Origin: Planctomycetota bacterium
GTDB taxonomy: Bacteria; Planctomycetota; Planctomycetia; Pirellulales; Lacipirellulaceae
Direction: 5' to 3'
Assembly (NCBI GenBank): GCA_039190745.1
Contig: JBCCXZ010000018.1
Span: 1 to 56,738 of the forward strand
Length of the DNA: 56,738 nt
A program made the position numbers and the translations under genes. The notes beneath the pieces are model-generated. The model was not told the origin of the DNA and made no database searches. It was given only the letters and a program-made list of their open reading frames with translations. This document shows positions 28,935 to 37,523 of the stretch, in pieces (within the stretch, counting starts at the first letter, position 1; every line of letters begins with the position of its first letter).

Positions 28935-28964
28935 AGTCTTGCCCAATCGCGGACAGAGCGTCAA
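28935..28964 (-). promoter_or_regulatory. Candidate sigma70 promoter with a palindromic operator in the spacer
   Basis: Minus strand reads TTGACG-N18-AAGACT and contains TGTCC-N6-GGGCA. Confidence 0.45.
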
Positions 28965-29130
28965 CGCGATTTCCCAAGGTAGCTGAGCGGACCGGCCGGT
29001 CGACGGTCGACACGCTCTCGCTCGCCGGAAGTCAACTAATTGAGCCGGGAGGCTGCTGAGCGTGCCTTGCGGCTGCCCTTAGTGTTGCGGAGGACGCGCG
29101 AAAGTCGGCCGACTGAGCATGCGTCGAAAG

Positions 29131-29180
29131 GACTTAGTCAACCAAAGGGCCTAGTCAACCAAAAAGACTTAGCCAACCAG
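29131..29180. repeat. Three imperfect 17-18-bp tandem repeats spanning the ogt stop codon
   Basis: tagtcaacca at 29135 and 29152, and tagccaacca at 29170. Confidence 0.85.
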
Positions 29181-29756
29181 CAGCGGCCGCTCTCGGTCGA
29201 GCAACCGGCGTTTGCGGTCGAGTCCCCAGCGGAAGCCGCCGAGGCCGCCGTCGGCGCGGAGGACGCGGTGGCAGGGGACGAGCACGGCGACGGGGTTGGC
29301 CCCGCAGGCGGCGCCGACGGCCCGGGAAGCCTGGGGCCGGCCGAGCGCCCGGGCGAGGCGGGCGTACGTGGTGGTCTCGCCGAGCGGGACCTGCTGGAGT
29401 GCTCGCCAGACTTGCTGCTGGAACGGGGTGCCCTGGAGGTCGAGTGCCACGCGGCTGGGTTGGCTGGGGTGCTCGATCGCCGCCACGACCGCGGCGAGCG
29501 TCTCGGCGAGCCGGGCGTCTTCCGTCGGTTCCAGCGGGGCGGCTTCCGCTTCGGGGAGCTCGGCCCGGAGCTCGTCCGGGTCGTCTGCCAGGGCGACGCG
29601 GCAGACGCCGCGGTCGGTGACCCCGACGAGCACGGCGCCAAGCGTGCAGCGGCCGAAGACGAAGCGGCGGGGTAGCCCCGGCGTCGTGGATGGCCACAAT
29701 TGCACGCGAGCGGCCTCGGCGGTTGCCGTTTCGGCATTGGTTCTGCTTGCGTCCAC
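29169..29756 (-). CDS. ogt: Methylated-DNA--protein-cysteine methyltransferase (Ogt / Ada C-terminal type)
   Basis: LDLQGTPFQQQVW, GETTTY, RAVGAACGANP, active site VPCHRV and GGFRWG. Start is uncertain (GTG 29756). Confidence 0.92.
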   Translation of the reverse strand: MDASRTNAETATAEAARVQLWPSTTPGLPRRFVFGRCTLGAVLVGVTDRGVCRVALADDPDELRAELPEAEAAPLEPTEDARLAETLAAVVAAIEHPSQPSRVALDLQGTPFQQQVWRALQQVPLGETTTYARLARALGRPQASRAVGAACGANPVAVLVPCHRVLRADGGLGGFRWGLDRKRRLLDRERPLLVG

Positions 29757-29781
29757 TATCACATCGTCGGAACAGAAACGC

Positions 29782-32556
29782 ATGTCCGCAACCCAAGAGC
29801 CCCAGACCCCTGAGGCGGAGCACCAGGAAAACAAGCTGCGCGACGAGATCGCCCTGCTGGGCGGGATGCTCGGCGACACGGTACGAGACATCGCCGGCGA
29901 GGACGCTTACGACGCGGTCGAGGAGCTGCGGCGGCTGGCGTGGGACCGGCGGAGCGACAAACCGGAGGCCGAGAAGCGGATGCGGGAGTTCGTCGCGGGG
30001 CTGGACATCGATCGGCTGCGGGTGGCGACCCGGGCGTTTACGGTGTTTCTCGACCTGGCGAACCTCGCCGAAGACCGGCAACGCGTGCGGGTGCTGCGCG
30101 AGCGCGACCGGGCGGCGTACCCGGATTCGCGGAGCGAATCGATCGACCAGGCGGTGGACCGGCTGCAGGCGGTCGGCAAAACCGCGGCGGAGTTGCAGCC
30201 TGTGCTCGACGCGATGCAGATCGAGCTGGTGTTCACCGCACACCCCACCGAGGCGAAGCGGCGGTCGGTGCGGAGCAAGCTGCGGCGGATGCGGCAGCTG
30301 CTGGGCGAGTTAGACGGCGACCAACTCCCCGGCGAGCGACGCGACACGCTGCTGCTGATGCGGGCCGAGCTGGCGAAGCTGTGGCGGACCTCGTTCATCC
30401 GGCCGTGGCGGCCGTCGGTAATGCAGGAGGTGCAACGCGGGCTCTCGATCAAGCCGGTGCTGTGGGAGGTGCTGCCGCGGATCATGCGAGAGCTGCGTAA
30501 GGTGCTCGAAGAGGACTACCCGGGCGACGGGCTCGAAGCGAAGCCGTGCCTGCGGTTCGGGTCGTGGATCGGCGGCGACCGCGACGGGCACCCGGGCGTG
30601 ACGGCGGACATTACCGAGCAGACGTTCCAGTGGCTGCGCGACGCGGCGATCGACTTGCACCGGAAGGAGTGCCAGCGGGCGCTCGACTCGCTGAGCCTCT
30701 CGGAGCAGCGGACCGACCCGCCGAGCGGGCTGGTGGAGCGGATCGCCGCGGCGACCGAGCGTTGGGAGGAAGTCGAGAAACTGGTCGCGGAGCTGCCGCC
30801 CAAAGAACTGTGCCGGCGTTGGCTGCGGGTGATCCGGTGGCGGTTGCAGCAGACCGACTCGGTGAACCTGGGCGACCCGCTGCCCAGCGGCGCGTACGGC
30901 TCGTCACCCGAGCTGGCCGAGGACGTGGCGGCGCTCTGCGAGACCGTCGCCAACGCCCCCGGCGGCGAGCTGCTCGCCGGCGAGGTATTGGGGTGGCTCG
31001 ATCGGATCGAGGCGTTCGGGTTCCACCTGGCGCGGCTCGACGTGCGGCAAGACGGGCGGCGTTACCGGGAGGTGCTCAACGAGCTGCTCAAGCAAACCAA
31101 GCTCTCCGACGACCCGGCGTCGCTCGACGAGGCGGGCCGGCAGAAGGTGCTGCTGGATTCGATCGACCTGCCCATCCGGCTGTCGCCACGCGGCCTCTCG
31201 GAGCTGGGGCAGGACACGCTGCGGATGTTCGACCTGCTGCACCGTGTGGTCGATTCGTTCGGGCCCGAGGCGATCGGCGGGCACGTGATCAGCATGACCA
31301 AGACGCCCAGCGACGTGCTGACAGTGCTGTGGCTGTGGCGGCAGACGGGCGACGGGCGCGAGGACCACGTGCACCTGCTGCCGGTGATCCCGCTGTTTGA
31401 AACGATCGAAGACCTGCAGGGGGCGGCGGGCATCCTGCAGGGCATGTTCGACGCGGCGCCGTACCGCGAGCACCTCCGCAAGCAGGGCGACCGCCAGACG
31501 GCCATGCTCGGCTACTCCGACAGCACGAAAGACGGCGGGTACCTCTCGGCGTGCTGGTCGTTGTTCCAGGCGCAGAAAGAACTGTACGCATTGGCGTCGG
31601 CGGAGGGCGTGAAGCTGACGTTCTTCCACGGACGGGGCGGTTCGCTGGGGCGGGGCGGGGGGCCGACGTCGCGGAGCGTGGCGTCGTTGCCGTCGGGCAC
31701 GTTCCACGGGTCGCTGCGTCTGACCGAGCAGGGCGAGGTGATGGCCGACCTGTACGACGACCCGCGGATTGCGCACCGGCACCTGGAACAGTTGCTGTGG
31801 TCGTGCCTGCTGGCGGCGGGCAACCCGCCGGAGCTGCCGAGCGACGAGCGGACGGCGATCATGCGGCGGATGGCCGACGAGGCATTAGGGGCGTACCGCG
31901 AGCTGATCGAGCAGCCCGACTTTGTGCAGTTCTTCAGCGCGGCGACGCCGATCAACGAGATTTCCGACCTGCCGATCGGCTCGCGGCCGGCGAAGCGAAA
32001 GTCGGGGGGCGGCCTCGGCGGGCTGGACGACCTGCGGGCGATCCCGTGGGTGTTCTCTTGGACGCAGTGCCGAGCGCTGCTGCCGGCGTGGTACGGGCTG
32101 GGCTCGGGCGTAGCGGCGGTGCTCGAAGAGGAGGGCGTCCGCGAGAAGCTGCAGCAGATGTACCAGGACTGGCCGTTCTTCCGCGCGACGATGGACAACG
32201 CCGAGCTGGCGCTGGCGAAGGCCGACCTCGACATCGCGGCGGAGTACGGCTGGCTGACCGAAGACCGGGAGATGTTCGACCGGTACGCCGACTTGATCGG
32301 TCCCGAGTACCGCCGCTCGCGGGAGGCGATCCTGACGATCACCCAAAGCGAGCACCTGCTGGAGAAGACCGAGTGGCTGCGGGAGTCGATCCGCGTGCGG
32401 AACCGTTACATCGACCCGTTGAACCTGATCCAGGTGGAGCTGCTGCGCCGACTGCGTGAGGTGCCGCCCGAAGACGAAGCGCGGACCGAAGAGCTGCGGC
32501 ACGTGGCGCGATTGAGCATCAACGGGTTGGCGGCGGGGATGCGGACTAGCGGGTGA
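29782..32556 (+). CDS. ppc: Phosphoenolpyruvate carboxylase
   Basis: VFTAHPTE, GSWIGGDRDG, MLGYSDSTKDGG, FHGRGGSLGRGGGP, LRAIPWVF and terminal GMRTSG. Start placed at ATG 29782. Confidence 0.98.
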   Translation: MSATQEPQTPEAEHQENKLRDEIALLGGMLGDTVRDIAGEDAYDAVEELRRLAWDRRSDKPEAEKRMREFVAGLDIDRLRVATRAFTVFLDLANLAEDRQRVRVLRERDRAAYPDSRSESIDQAVDRLQAVGKTAAELQPVLDAMQIELVFTAHPTEAKRRSVRSKLRRMRQLLGELDGDQLPGERRDTLLLMRAELAKLWRTSFIRPWRPSVMQEVQRGLSIKPVLWEVLPRIMRELRKVLEEDYPGDGLEAKPCLRFGSWIGGDRDGHPGVTADITEQTFQWLRDAAIDLHRKECQRALDSLSLSEQRTDPPSGLVERIAAATERWEEVEKLVAELPPKELCRRWLRVIRWRLQQTDSVNLGDPLPSGAYGSSPELAEDVAALCETVANAPGGELLAGEVLGWLDRIEAFGFHLARLDVRQDGRRYREVLNELLKQTKLSDDPASLDEAGRQKVLLDSIDLPIRLSPRGLSELGQDTLRMFDLLHRVVDSFGPEAIGGHVISMTKTPSDVLTVLWLWRQTGDGREDHVHLLPVIPLFETIEDLQGAAGILQGMFDAAPYREHLRKQGDRQTAMLGYSDSTKDGGYLSACWSLFQAQKELYALASAEGVKLTFFHGRGGSLGRGGGPTSRSVASLPSGTFHGSLRLTEQGEVMADLYDDPRIAHRHLEQLLWSCLLAAGNPPELPSDERTAIMRRMADEALGAYRELIEQPDFVQFFSAATPINEISDLPIGSRPAKRKSGGGLGGLDDLRAIPWVFSWTQCRALLPAWYGLGSGVAAVLEEEGVREKLQQMYQDWPFFRATMDNAELALAKADLDIAAEYGWLTEDREMFDRYADLIGPEYRRSREAILTITQSEHLLEKTEWLRESIRVRNRYIDPLNLIQVELLRRLREVPPEDEARTEELRHVARLSINGLAAGMRTSG

Positions 32557-32568
32557 TGCGCGCGATCC

Positions 32569-32592
32569 CGCTCGCTGACGCACGCAGTTCTG
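32569..32592. repeat. REP-like dispersed intergenic repeat (copy 2)
   Basis: cgctcgctgacgcacgcagttctg lies just after the ppc stop and resembles 21064-21087. Confidence 0.45.
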
Positions 32593-32803
32593 TGGTGACT
32601 GAGGCCTGGCTCAGAGGGTCACTGGGGCGGCATCGAAGGCCGACGTGCACGTTGTCCGCTGCGAAGCTAGAATGTGATCTGGGATGGGAAGAGGGCGTCG
32701 GTTCGCCTCGCGGGGAGATTTCGTCCAAGATCCCGCTCCGTACGGCGAAGACGACATGTGAACCTACCCGAGACCCGTGCGAAAGGCGCCCACCTTGTCT
32801 GAG

Positions 32804-33037
32804 ATGCTGAAGGCCGCTTTGGCCGTGCCGATCCCGTTCAACATGATTATTGTCTGCACCATGTTCCTCGCGAGTGGGGCCGCGGTGGTGGGGGTGGCGA
32901 TGCAGGTGCGCAAGATCGCCACGCACCGGATGGACCTCGACATCAAGCGGCGGATGGTCGAGGAGGGCATGACCGCCGAAGAGATCGAGCGCGTGCTGCG
33001 GGCGAGCCGGGAGTCCGGTGGAGCGGAAGAGCTCTAG
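32804..33037 (+). CDS. Small single-pass membrane protein
   Basis: Hydrophobic helix followed by LDIKRRMVEEGMTAEEIERVL. Confidence 0.7.
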   Translation: MLKAALAVPIPFNMIIVCTMFLASGAAVVGVAMQVRKIATHRMDLDIKRRMVEEGMTAEEIERVLRASRESGGAEEL

Positions 33038-33366
33038 GCGACGCGGCCTAGGATGTCCTTCTCTTGATGCCAACGAACTCACGACACATCGCGCTCTCCT
33101 GCTCGTACTTAAAGTGTTTGAATCAAGCCTCGGGTGTCGTGCTTGGTTGTCTTCAACGGTTGCTGATTTGTGGCTGGCGGGGCTGGGAAGCGAGACGACG
33201 CTTCGAAATCTTCTGGGTCTTCCTTAGGTTTCGCGGAACTTTCGATCCGCGCTGGTGTTCTTAAGTTCCGTGAACCGTCTCACACAAGGTTCCGCCGGGA
33301 ACGAGGCGCCCGGCGGGTGTGAGGCACTCGTCTTCTAAAGAACCCGGAACTGAAGAGAGGCCCCCA

Positions 33367-35496
33367 ATGGAAGTGCGTAGAATCGGTGCGCGCCCGCGCC
33401 AATGCGAACGCTTGGAAGACCGTCAGATGCTCGCCGCCGACCTTGGTGCCGAGCTTTCTTCTTTTACGGACCTTGGCTCGGAGGTTGCCGAGGTCGCGTC
33501 GGTCGACTCGACCGGCAGCGGATCAGGCGAGGCGGCTTCGCTGGCTTCGATGACCAACCAATTGCATGCCGAAAGCGGCGATGTCGTGCTGGGCTGGAAC
33601 AACCTCTTCAACGAGTTGTTAGTGGCCGACGAGGTGAACCAGAACCCGGGATACGCCTCGCGTTCGATGGCCATGATGAACCTAGCGATCTACGATGCGG
33701 TTACGCTGGCCACGGGCGACGCCGAGGACGCCTTCTACGAGTACAGCAACGCAATCGTGAACTCGGATTCGCGTCTGGACGTGGAGCTGGTCGCGTCTCA
33801 CGCTGCGCACAGGGTGCTTAGCGGTCTCTATCCGGATCAGCAGGCCGAAGTCGATAGCTTCCTTGCAAGCGTCTTGGAAGGTACCAGCGAGAACAGGAGT
33901 ACCGCAGCCAGCGTTGCGCTGGGCATGGAAATCGGAAACACGGTCTTGGCGGCTCGAGCGAATGACGGATCGGGCGCGGTCGTCGACTACACCTACACAG
34001 AAGGGGTTGGCAGCTTCCAGGCCGACCCGCTGAACCCCGACGTGCCCGTCTGGGGGCCCGGATGGGGAGAGGTCGAGACCTTTTCCATCTCGGCGGCTGA
34101 GGACTTTGCTCCCGAGACGACGCCGCCGATCACGAGCGAAGAGTACGCGGATTCCTACAACGAGGTGAAAGAGCTTGGGTCGGTAGACAGCGAAACAAGA
34201 ACCGCCGACCAAACCGAGGCCGGAATTTTCTGGGCTTACGACCGCGTCGGGCTTGGAACCCCGTTGTCGCTCTTCAACGACGTGCTGGAAACGATCGCCT
34301 TGCAAGAGGGCAACACGCTGCAAGAGAACGCGGCGTTGTATGCCCAAGCTTCTGTCGCCATGGCCGACGCCGCGATCGTTGCGTGGCACACCAAGTTCGA
34401 CGAGGAGTTCTGGCGACCGGTCACGGCGATCCACGACGGAGACGTCGACGGCAATCCGTTGACCGAGGGGGACCCGGATTGGACCGCCTTGGGCGCGCCC
34501 GATGGTGAGGGCGACATCATCGGCTTTACCCCACAGTTCCCGACCTACATCTCCGGTCACGCCACATTCGGCGGGGCGTTGTTCGGGGCGATTCAGGAAT
34601 TCTACGGCACCGACGACATTGCTTTCGAGCTGAATTCAAGGGAACTAGAAATCCTGCTCGAAGACCCAGAGCTTCAGGCGGAGTATGGGCTTGAGCTTGA
34701 CGATGCGTCGCGGTCTTTCGATTCGCTGAGCGAGGCGATGGCTGAGAACGGGCGGAGCCGGGTTTACTTGGGTATCCACTTCGACTTCGACGACCTCGTA
34801 GGCCAAGAAGTGGGGCAAGCGGTGGCTTCAGCTGTCTCCTCCGAGTTCGTTGTCGCTTCGGAGGACCGGGGCAAGGGTGGGGAGGGCCACGGCCCACGCC
34901 AAGCAGAGAAGCATGTTCGCAGGCATTCCGGACTCGGTGCTCCAGGCTCGATGGGCCAAATACCTATGCCCGGCAAGAATGACGACGCCACGCCGAGCGG
35001 GCCAGTCGGGGAACGCTGGGTTCAGGTACCCGGGGCGGGGATGCAGTTGGACGATGGCGGAGGACCGGGCGGACGGCCGGGCTCCGCAGCCCGGGCACAA
35101 CGTGGCGCACCCGGGCCGGAGGGTCGGACAATGCGAGCGGTGCATTCAGATGCCGCAGGCGAAGAAGCGATGCGACCAGCGACGGCTGGCTTCGTGAACG
35201 CACAACTCACAGGATTCGGCGCCAACCCGGCAGCTCCGAGCCAAGGCCCTGCTGTGGATCAGGAAGCGATGGCGGGATCGGACGGCGCAGGCGTGAATCG
35301 TCAGCCTCATGCGGACCCGGTGCGGGCTGATCTCCCGCAGAGGCCAATGGGTCGCGGCCAGCATGAAGACTCTGCCGAGGCTGCCGACAACTACTTTGCC
35401 GAGCTCGGCGAGCCCGATCTGCCCCCGTTGATGGATCCGCAACGTGCGGCGCAGGGCCGCCTCGGAGGCAGGCCGGGCCCGGTTCCTCGAACCTAA
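33367..35496 (+). CDS. Secreted vanadium-dependent haloperoxidase-like protein (PAP2 superfamily) with a disordered C-terminal tail
   Basis: ERLEDRQMLAAD N-motif and the three vanadate/phosphate-binding motifs K(FDEEFW)RP, PTYISGHATFGG and SRVYLGIHFDFD. Confidence 0.88.
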   Translation: MEVRRIGARPRQCERLEDRQMLAADLGAELSSFTDLGSEVAEVASVDSTGSGSGEAASLASMTNQLHAESGDVVLGWNNLFNELLVADEVNQNPGYASRSMAMMNLAIYDAVTLATGDAEDAFYEYSNAIVNSDSRLDVELVASHAAHRVLSGLYPDQQAEVDSFLASVLEGTSENRSTAASVALGMEIGNTVLAARANDGSGAVVDYTYTEGVGSFQADPLNPDVPVWGPGWGEVETFSISAAEDFAPETTPPITSEEYADSYNEVKELGSVDSETRTADQTEAGIFWAYDRVGLGTPLSLFNDVLETIALQEGNTLQENAALYAQASVAMADAAIVAWHTKFDEEFWRPVTAIHDGDVDGNPLTEGDPDWTALGAPDGEGDIIGFTPQFPTYISGHATFGGALFGAIQEFYGTDDIAFELNSRELEILLEDPELQAEYGLELDDASRSFDSLSEAMAENGRSRVYLGIHFDFDDLVGQEVGQAVASAVSSEFVVASEDRGKGGEGHGPRQAEKHVRRHSGLGAPGSMGQIPMPGKNDDATPSGPVGERWVQVPGAGMQLDDGGGPGGRPGSAARAQRGAPGPEGRTMRAVHSDAAGEEAMRPATAGFVNAQLTGFGANPAAPSQGPAVDQEAMAGSDGAGVNRQPHADPVRADLPQRPMGRGQHEDSAEAADNYFAELGEPDLPPLMDPQRAAQGRLGGRPGPVPRT

Positions 35497-35522
35497 CTTC
35501 GTGATCGCGACTTCGTTCCCAC

Positions 35523-35548
35523 AAGGGGCCGGGGAAACCCGGCTTCTT
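35523..35548. terminator. GAAA-tetraloop hairpin between convergent genes, probable terminator
   Basis: aaggggccggg-GAAA-cccggcttctt, an 11-bp stem including G-U pairs. Confidence 0.55.
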
Positions 35549-35642
35549 GCGGGAACAATCTGTTGAGTGAAGACCAGGCCGACTAAGGGCTTATAGCCGC
35601 TAGGATTTGTGGCTTTGGAGTCTCGCTCGTGCCGCTCAAAGA

Positions 35643-36512
35643 CTAGTGCAGCGGGGCGCCGGGGACGCGGCCGGTGGGGGCCGAAGGAACTTCGGCGAGC
35701 GTGAGCGAGTCGAGCACGCGCGGCTCTTCGAAGGGCGTCACTTCGACGAGGGTTAGGTTGGCGAGCTTGCGGGTGAAGACGGCGATGCCTTTCGCGGGGT
35801 CGCCGTCGAGCAGCGAGCTGGAAACCTCGTCTCTGCGGCCGACCATCACCAGGACGGGCCGGTCGTCGACGTAGGCGAACATGCTGGTCGCCTGGGGCGT
35901 GAAACCGTCGAGGTACGCGAGGCCCGCCATGCGGATGCCCTCGGGCAGCGGCTCGAGGAGCAGCGCCTGGCCCTGGCGGTCGGCGAAGGTTTGGGCGAAC
36001 TCCTGCTCGTCTTCGCAGAGCCAGTCGGGCTCGAAGCCGCGGTCGACGGCACCCTGGTAGACCTGGGCGACGCTGATCTGTGGGTAGGCGCCCGCGGGTT
36101 CCCAGAACAGCTTCAATTGGTCCCAGCCGAAGGAGCCCCAAAGGGCGACGCACGCCAGGCTGGCCGCGACGGCGAGCAGCTGCGTGCGGCGCTGGCGGTT
36201 GGCGTCGCGCGGCGGGAGCGTTACCAGAGGGGCTTCGTCCGCGGCCGACGGGTCGCCTTCGACGGCCTTGCCGCCGGCCACAAGCGATTGCAGGAAGTCG
36301 TCGCTCACCGCGGGGGCCTGCAGCTGACGCTTGAGCGAGCCGTCGATCTGCTCCTGCTGCGCGACGGCCGCCTGCATGGCGGGGACCTCGGCGATGCGGG
36401 CCTGAGCCTGCGCCGCACGGTCGCCCGCGAGCTGGCCGTCGAGGTACAACTCGAGCAGCTCGGCGTCGGCCGGGTCGAGTGCGTCGGGTTGGGGGGTGGA
36501 CTCGCTCATCAA
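35643..36512 (-). CDS. Putative transmembrane anti-sigma factor
   Basis: LLELYLDGQL N-terminal anti-sigma-like motif, RRT plus one TM helix, and a 4-nt overlap with the ECF gene. Confidence 0.8.
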   Translation of the reverse strand: MMSESTPQPDALDPADAELLELYLDGQLAGDRAAQAQARIAEVPAMQAAVAQQEQIDGSLKRQLQAPAVSDDFLQSLVAGGKAVEGDPSAADEAPLVTLPPRDANRQRRTQLLAVAASLACVALWGSFGWDQLKLFWEPAGAYPQISVAQVYQGAVDRGFEPDWLCEDEQEFAQTFADRQGQALLLEPLPEGIRMAGLAYLDGFTPQATSMFAYVDDRPVLVMVGRRDEVSSSLLDGDPAKGIAVFTRKLANLTLVEVTPFEEPRVLDSLTLAEVPSAPTGRVPGAPLH

Positions 36513-37141
36513 CTCTCTCGGTAGTTCGGCTGCGGAGTGACCCGCGACGCCATCTCGTCTCTTAACCGCTTCTTGGCCCGGTGGACGTGGCTCATGGCGG
36601 TGCCGCTGGGGATTTCGAGCATCGCCGCTATCTCATCATACGCCAGTTCGTGTACCACGCGGAGCAGCAGGCACGCCCTGGGGGTTTCGTCGAGGCGCTG
36701 CAGATTACTCAACAGCGTGTCGTCAAAGCCTTCTTGGATGGTTCGGGTTTCGCCCGCGGCCGAGTCGCTCACGCGGGGCTCTGCCTGGTAGGCGGCGGGG
36801 GCGGCTTGGCTTTGGTCGATGTCGACAGGGTCGGCGGCGGAGGTGCGTCGGCCGGCCCGCTTGCGTCGGAAGTTGGCGGCGTGCATGCGGACGATCCGCG
36901 CCATCCACGCCAAGAAGTTGGTCTCGGGCGTGAATTGATCGAGCTTCTTCAGGCCGACCATCGCCGCCTCTTGCACCAGGTCCTCCGCTTCGCTTCGGTC
37001 GTTCACTAGGGCCGACGCCAATCCCCAGAGCCGCGCGTGCTCGGCCACGAACAGCTCCGCGAACTGTTCGGGGGTGAGCCTGTGCTGCGGCCCGGCGTCC
37101 ACCGGGTTTGGCTTGTTATCGGGGGCGCCCTGCGGCTGCAT
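36509..37141 (-). CDS. ECF-type RNA polymerase sigma factor
   Basis: AEDLVQEA, FLAWMARIVR (region 2) and LAYDEIAAMLEIPSGTAMSHVHRAKKRLR (region 4). Start placed at ATG 37141. Confidence 0.93.
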   Translation of the reverse strand: MQPQGAPDNKPNPVDAGPQHRLTPEQFAELFVAEHARLWGLASALVNDRSEAEDLVQEAAMVGLKKLDQFTPETNFLAWMARIVRMHAANFRRKRAGRRTSAADPVDIDQSQAAPAAYQAEPRVSDSAAGETRTIQEGFDDTLLSNLQRLDETPRACLLLRVVHELAYDEIAAMLEIPSGTAMSHVHRAKKRLRDEMASRVTPQPNYRES

Positions 37142-37523
37142 GGCGGGGGTTCCGGAAGGCGGTGGGCGTCGACCGGGCTCTCGTCCCCCGAACGCGGTCG
37201 GGGGCCCCGGTGAATGTAATGTCGGGGGCCGCGGCGGCCATTGCAAGGTTCCGCGAGAAGCGGCGGATTTTTTTGGACGCCTGTTTGCGGCCACTACGTG
37301 TCGAGCAAACTCGCGTCCTCAAACACTCGGCCCCGGTCAGACAACGGCGCGCCGGGCGATAGTGGATGGCTCTCAGAATTTTTTTCCGAACGACGCAAGA
37401 GACTCCATCGGGCGGCACATAGCTGGGGTGAACGCGGGGCGGTTCAACCCCGCGGCCATGGCAAACGCAGCAGCGACCGTTTTTGTTCTCACCCACTCTT
37501 AGCAACTTTGTTGGAGCAATCTC

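Noticed and set aside
29131..29180. Triple repeat as a mini-CRISPR array
   Set aside because: Units are 17-18 bp, adjacent, without spacers, and there are no cas genes.
29212..29781. 190-aa N-terminal extension of PEP carboxylase in the ORF track
   Set aside because: It is simply the antisense of ogt. PEPC similarity starts after ATG 29782.
32533..32560. Apparent 3'-end duplication at ppc (and weak ones at ROK, globin and amidohydrolase)
   Set aside because: The matches are short, GC-rich or gapped, and compatible with chance, so they were not counted with the four clear cases.
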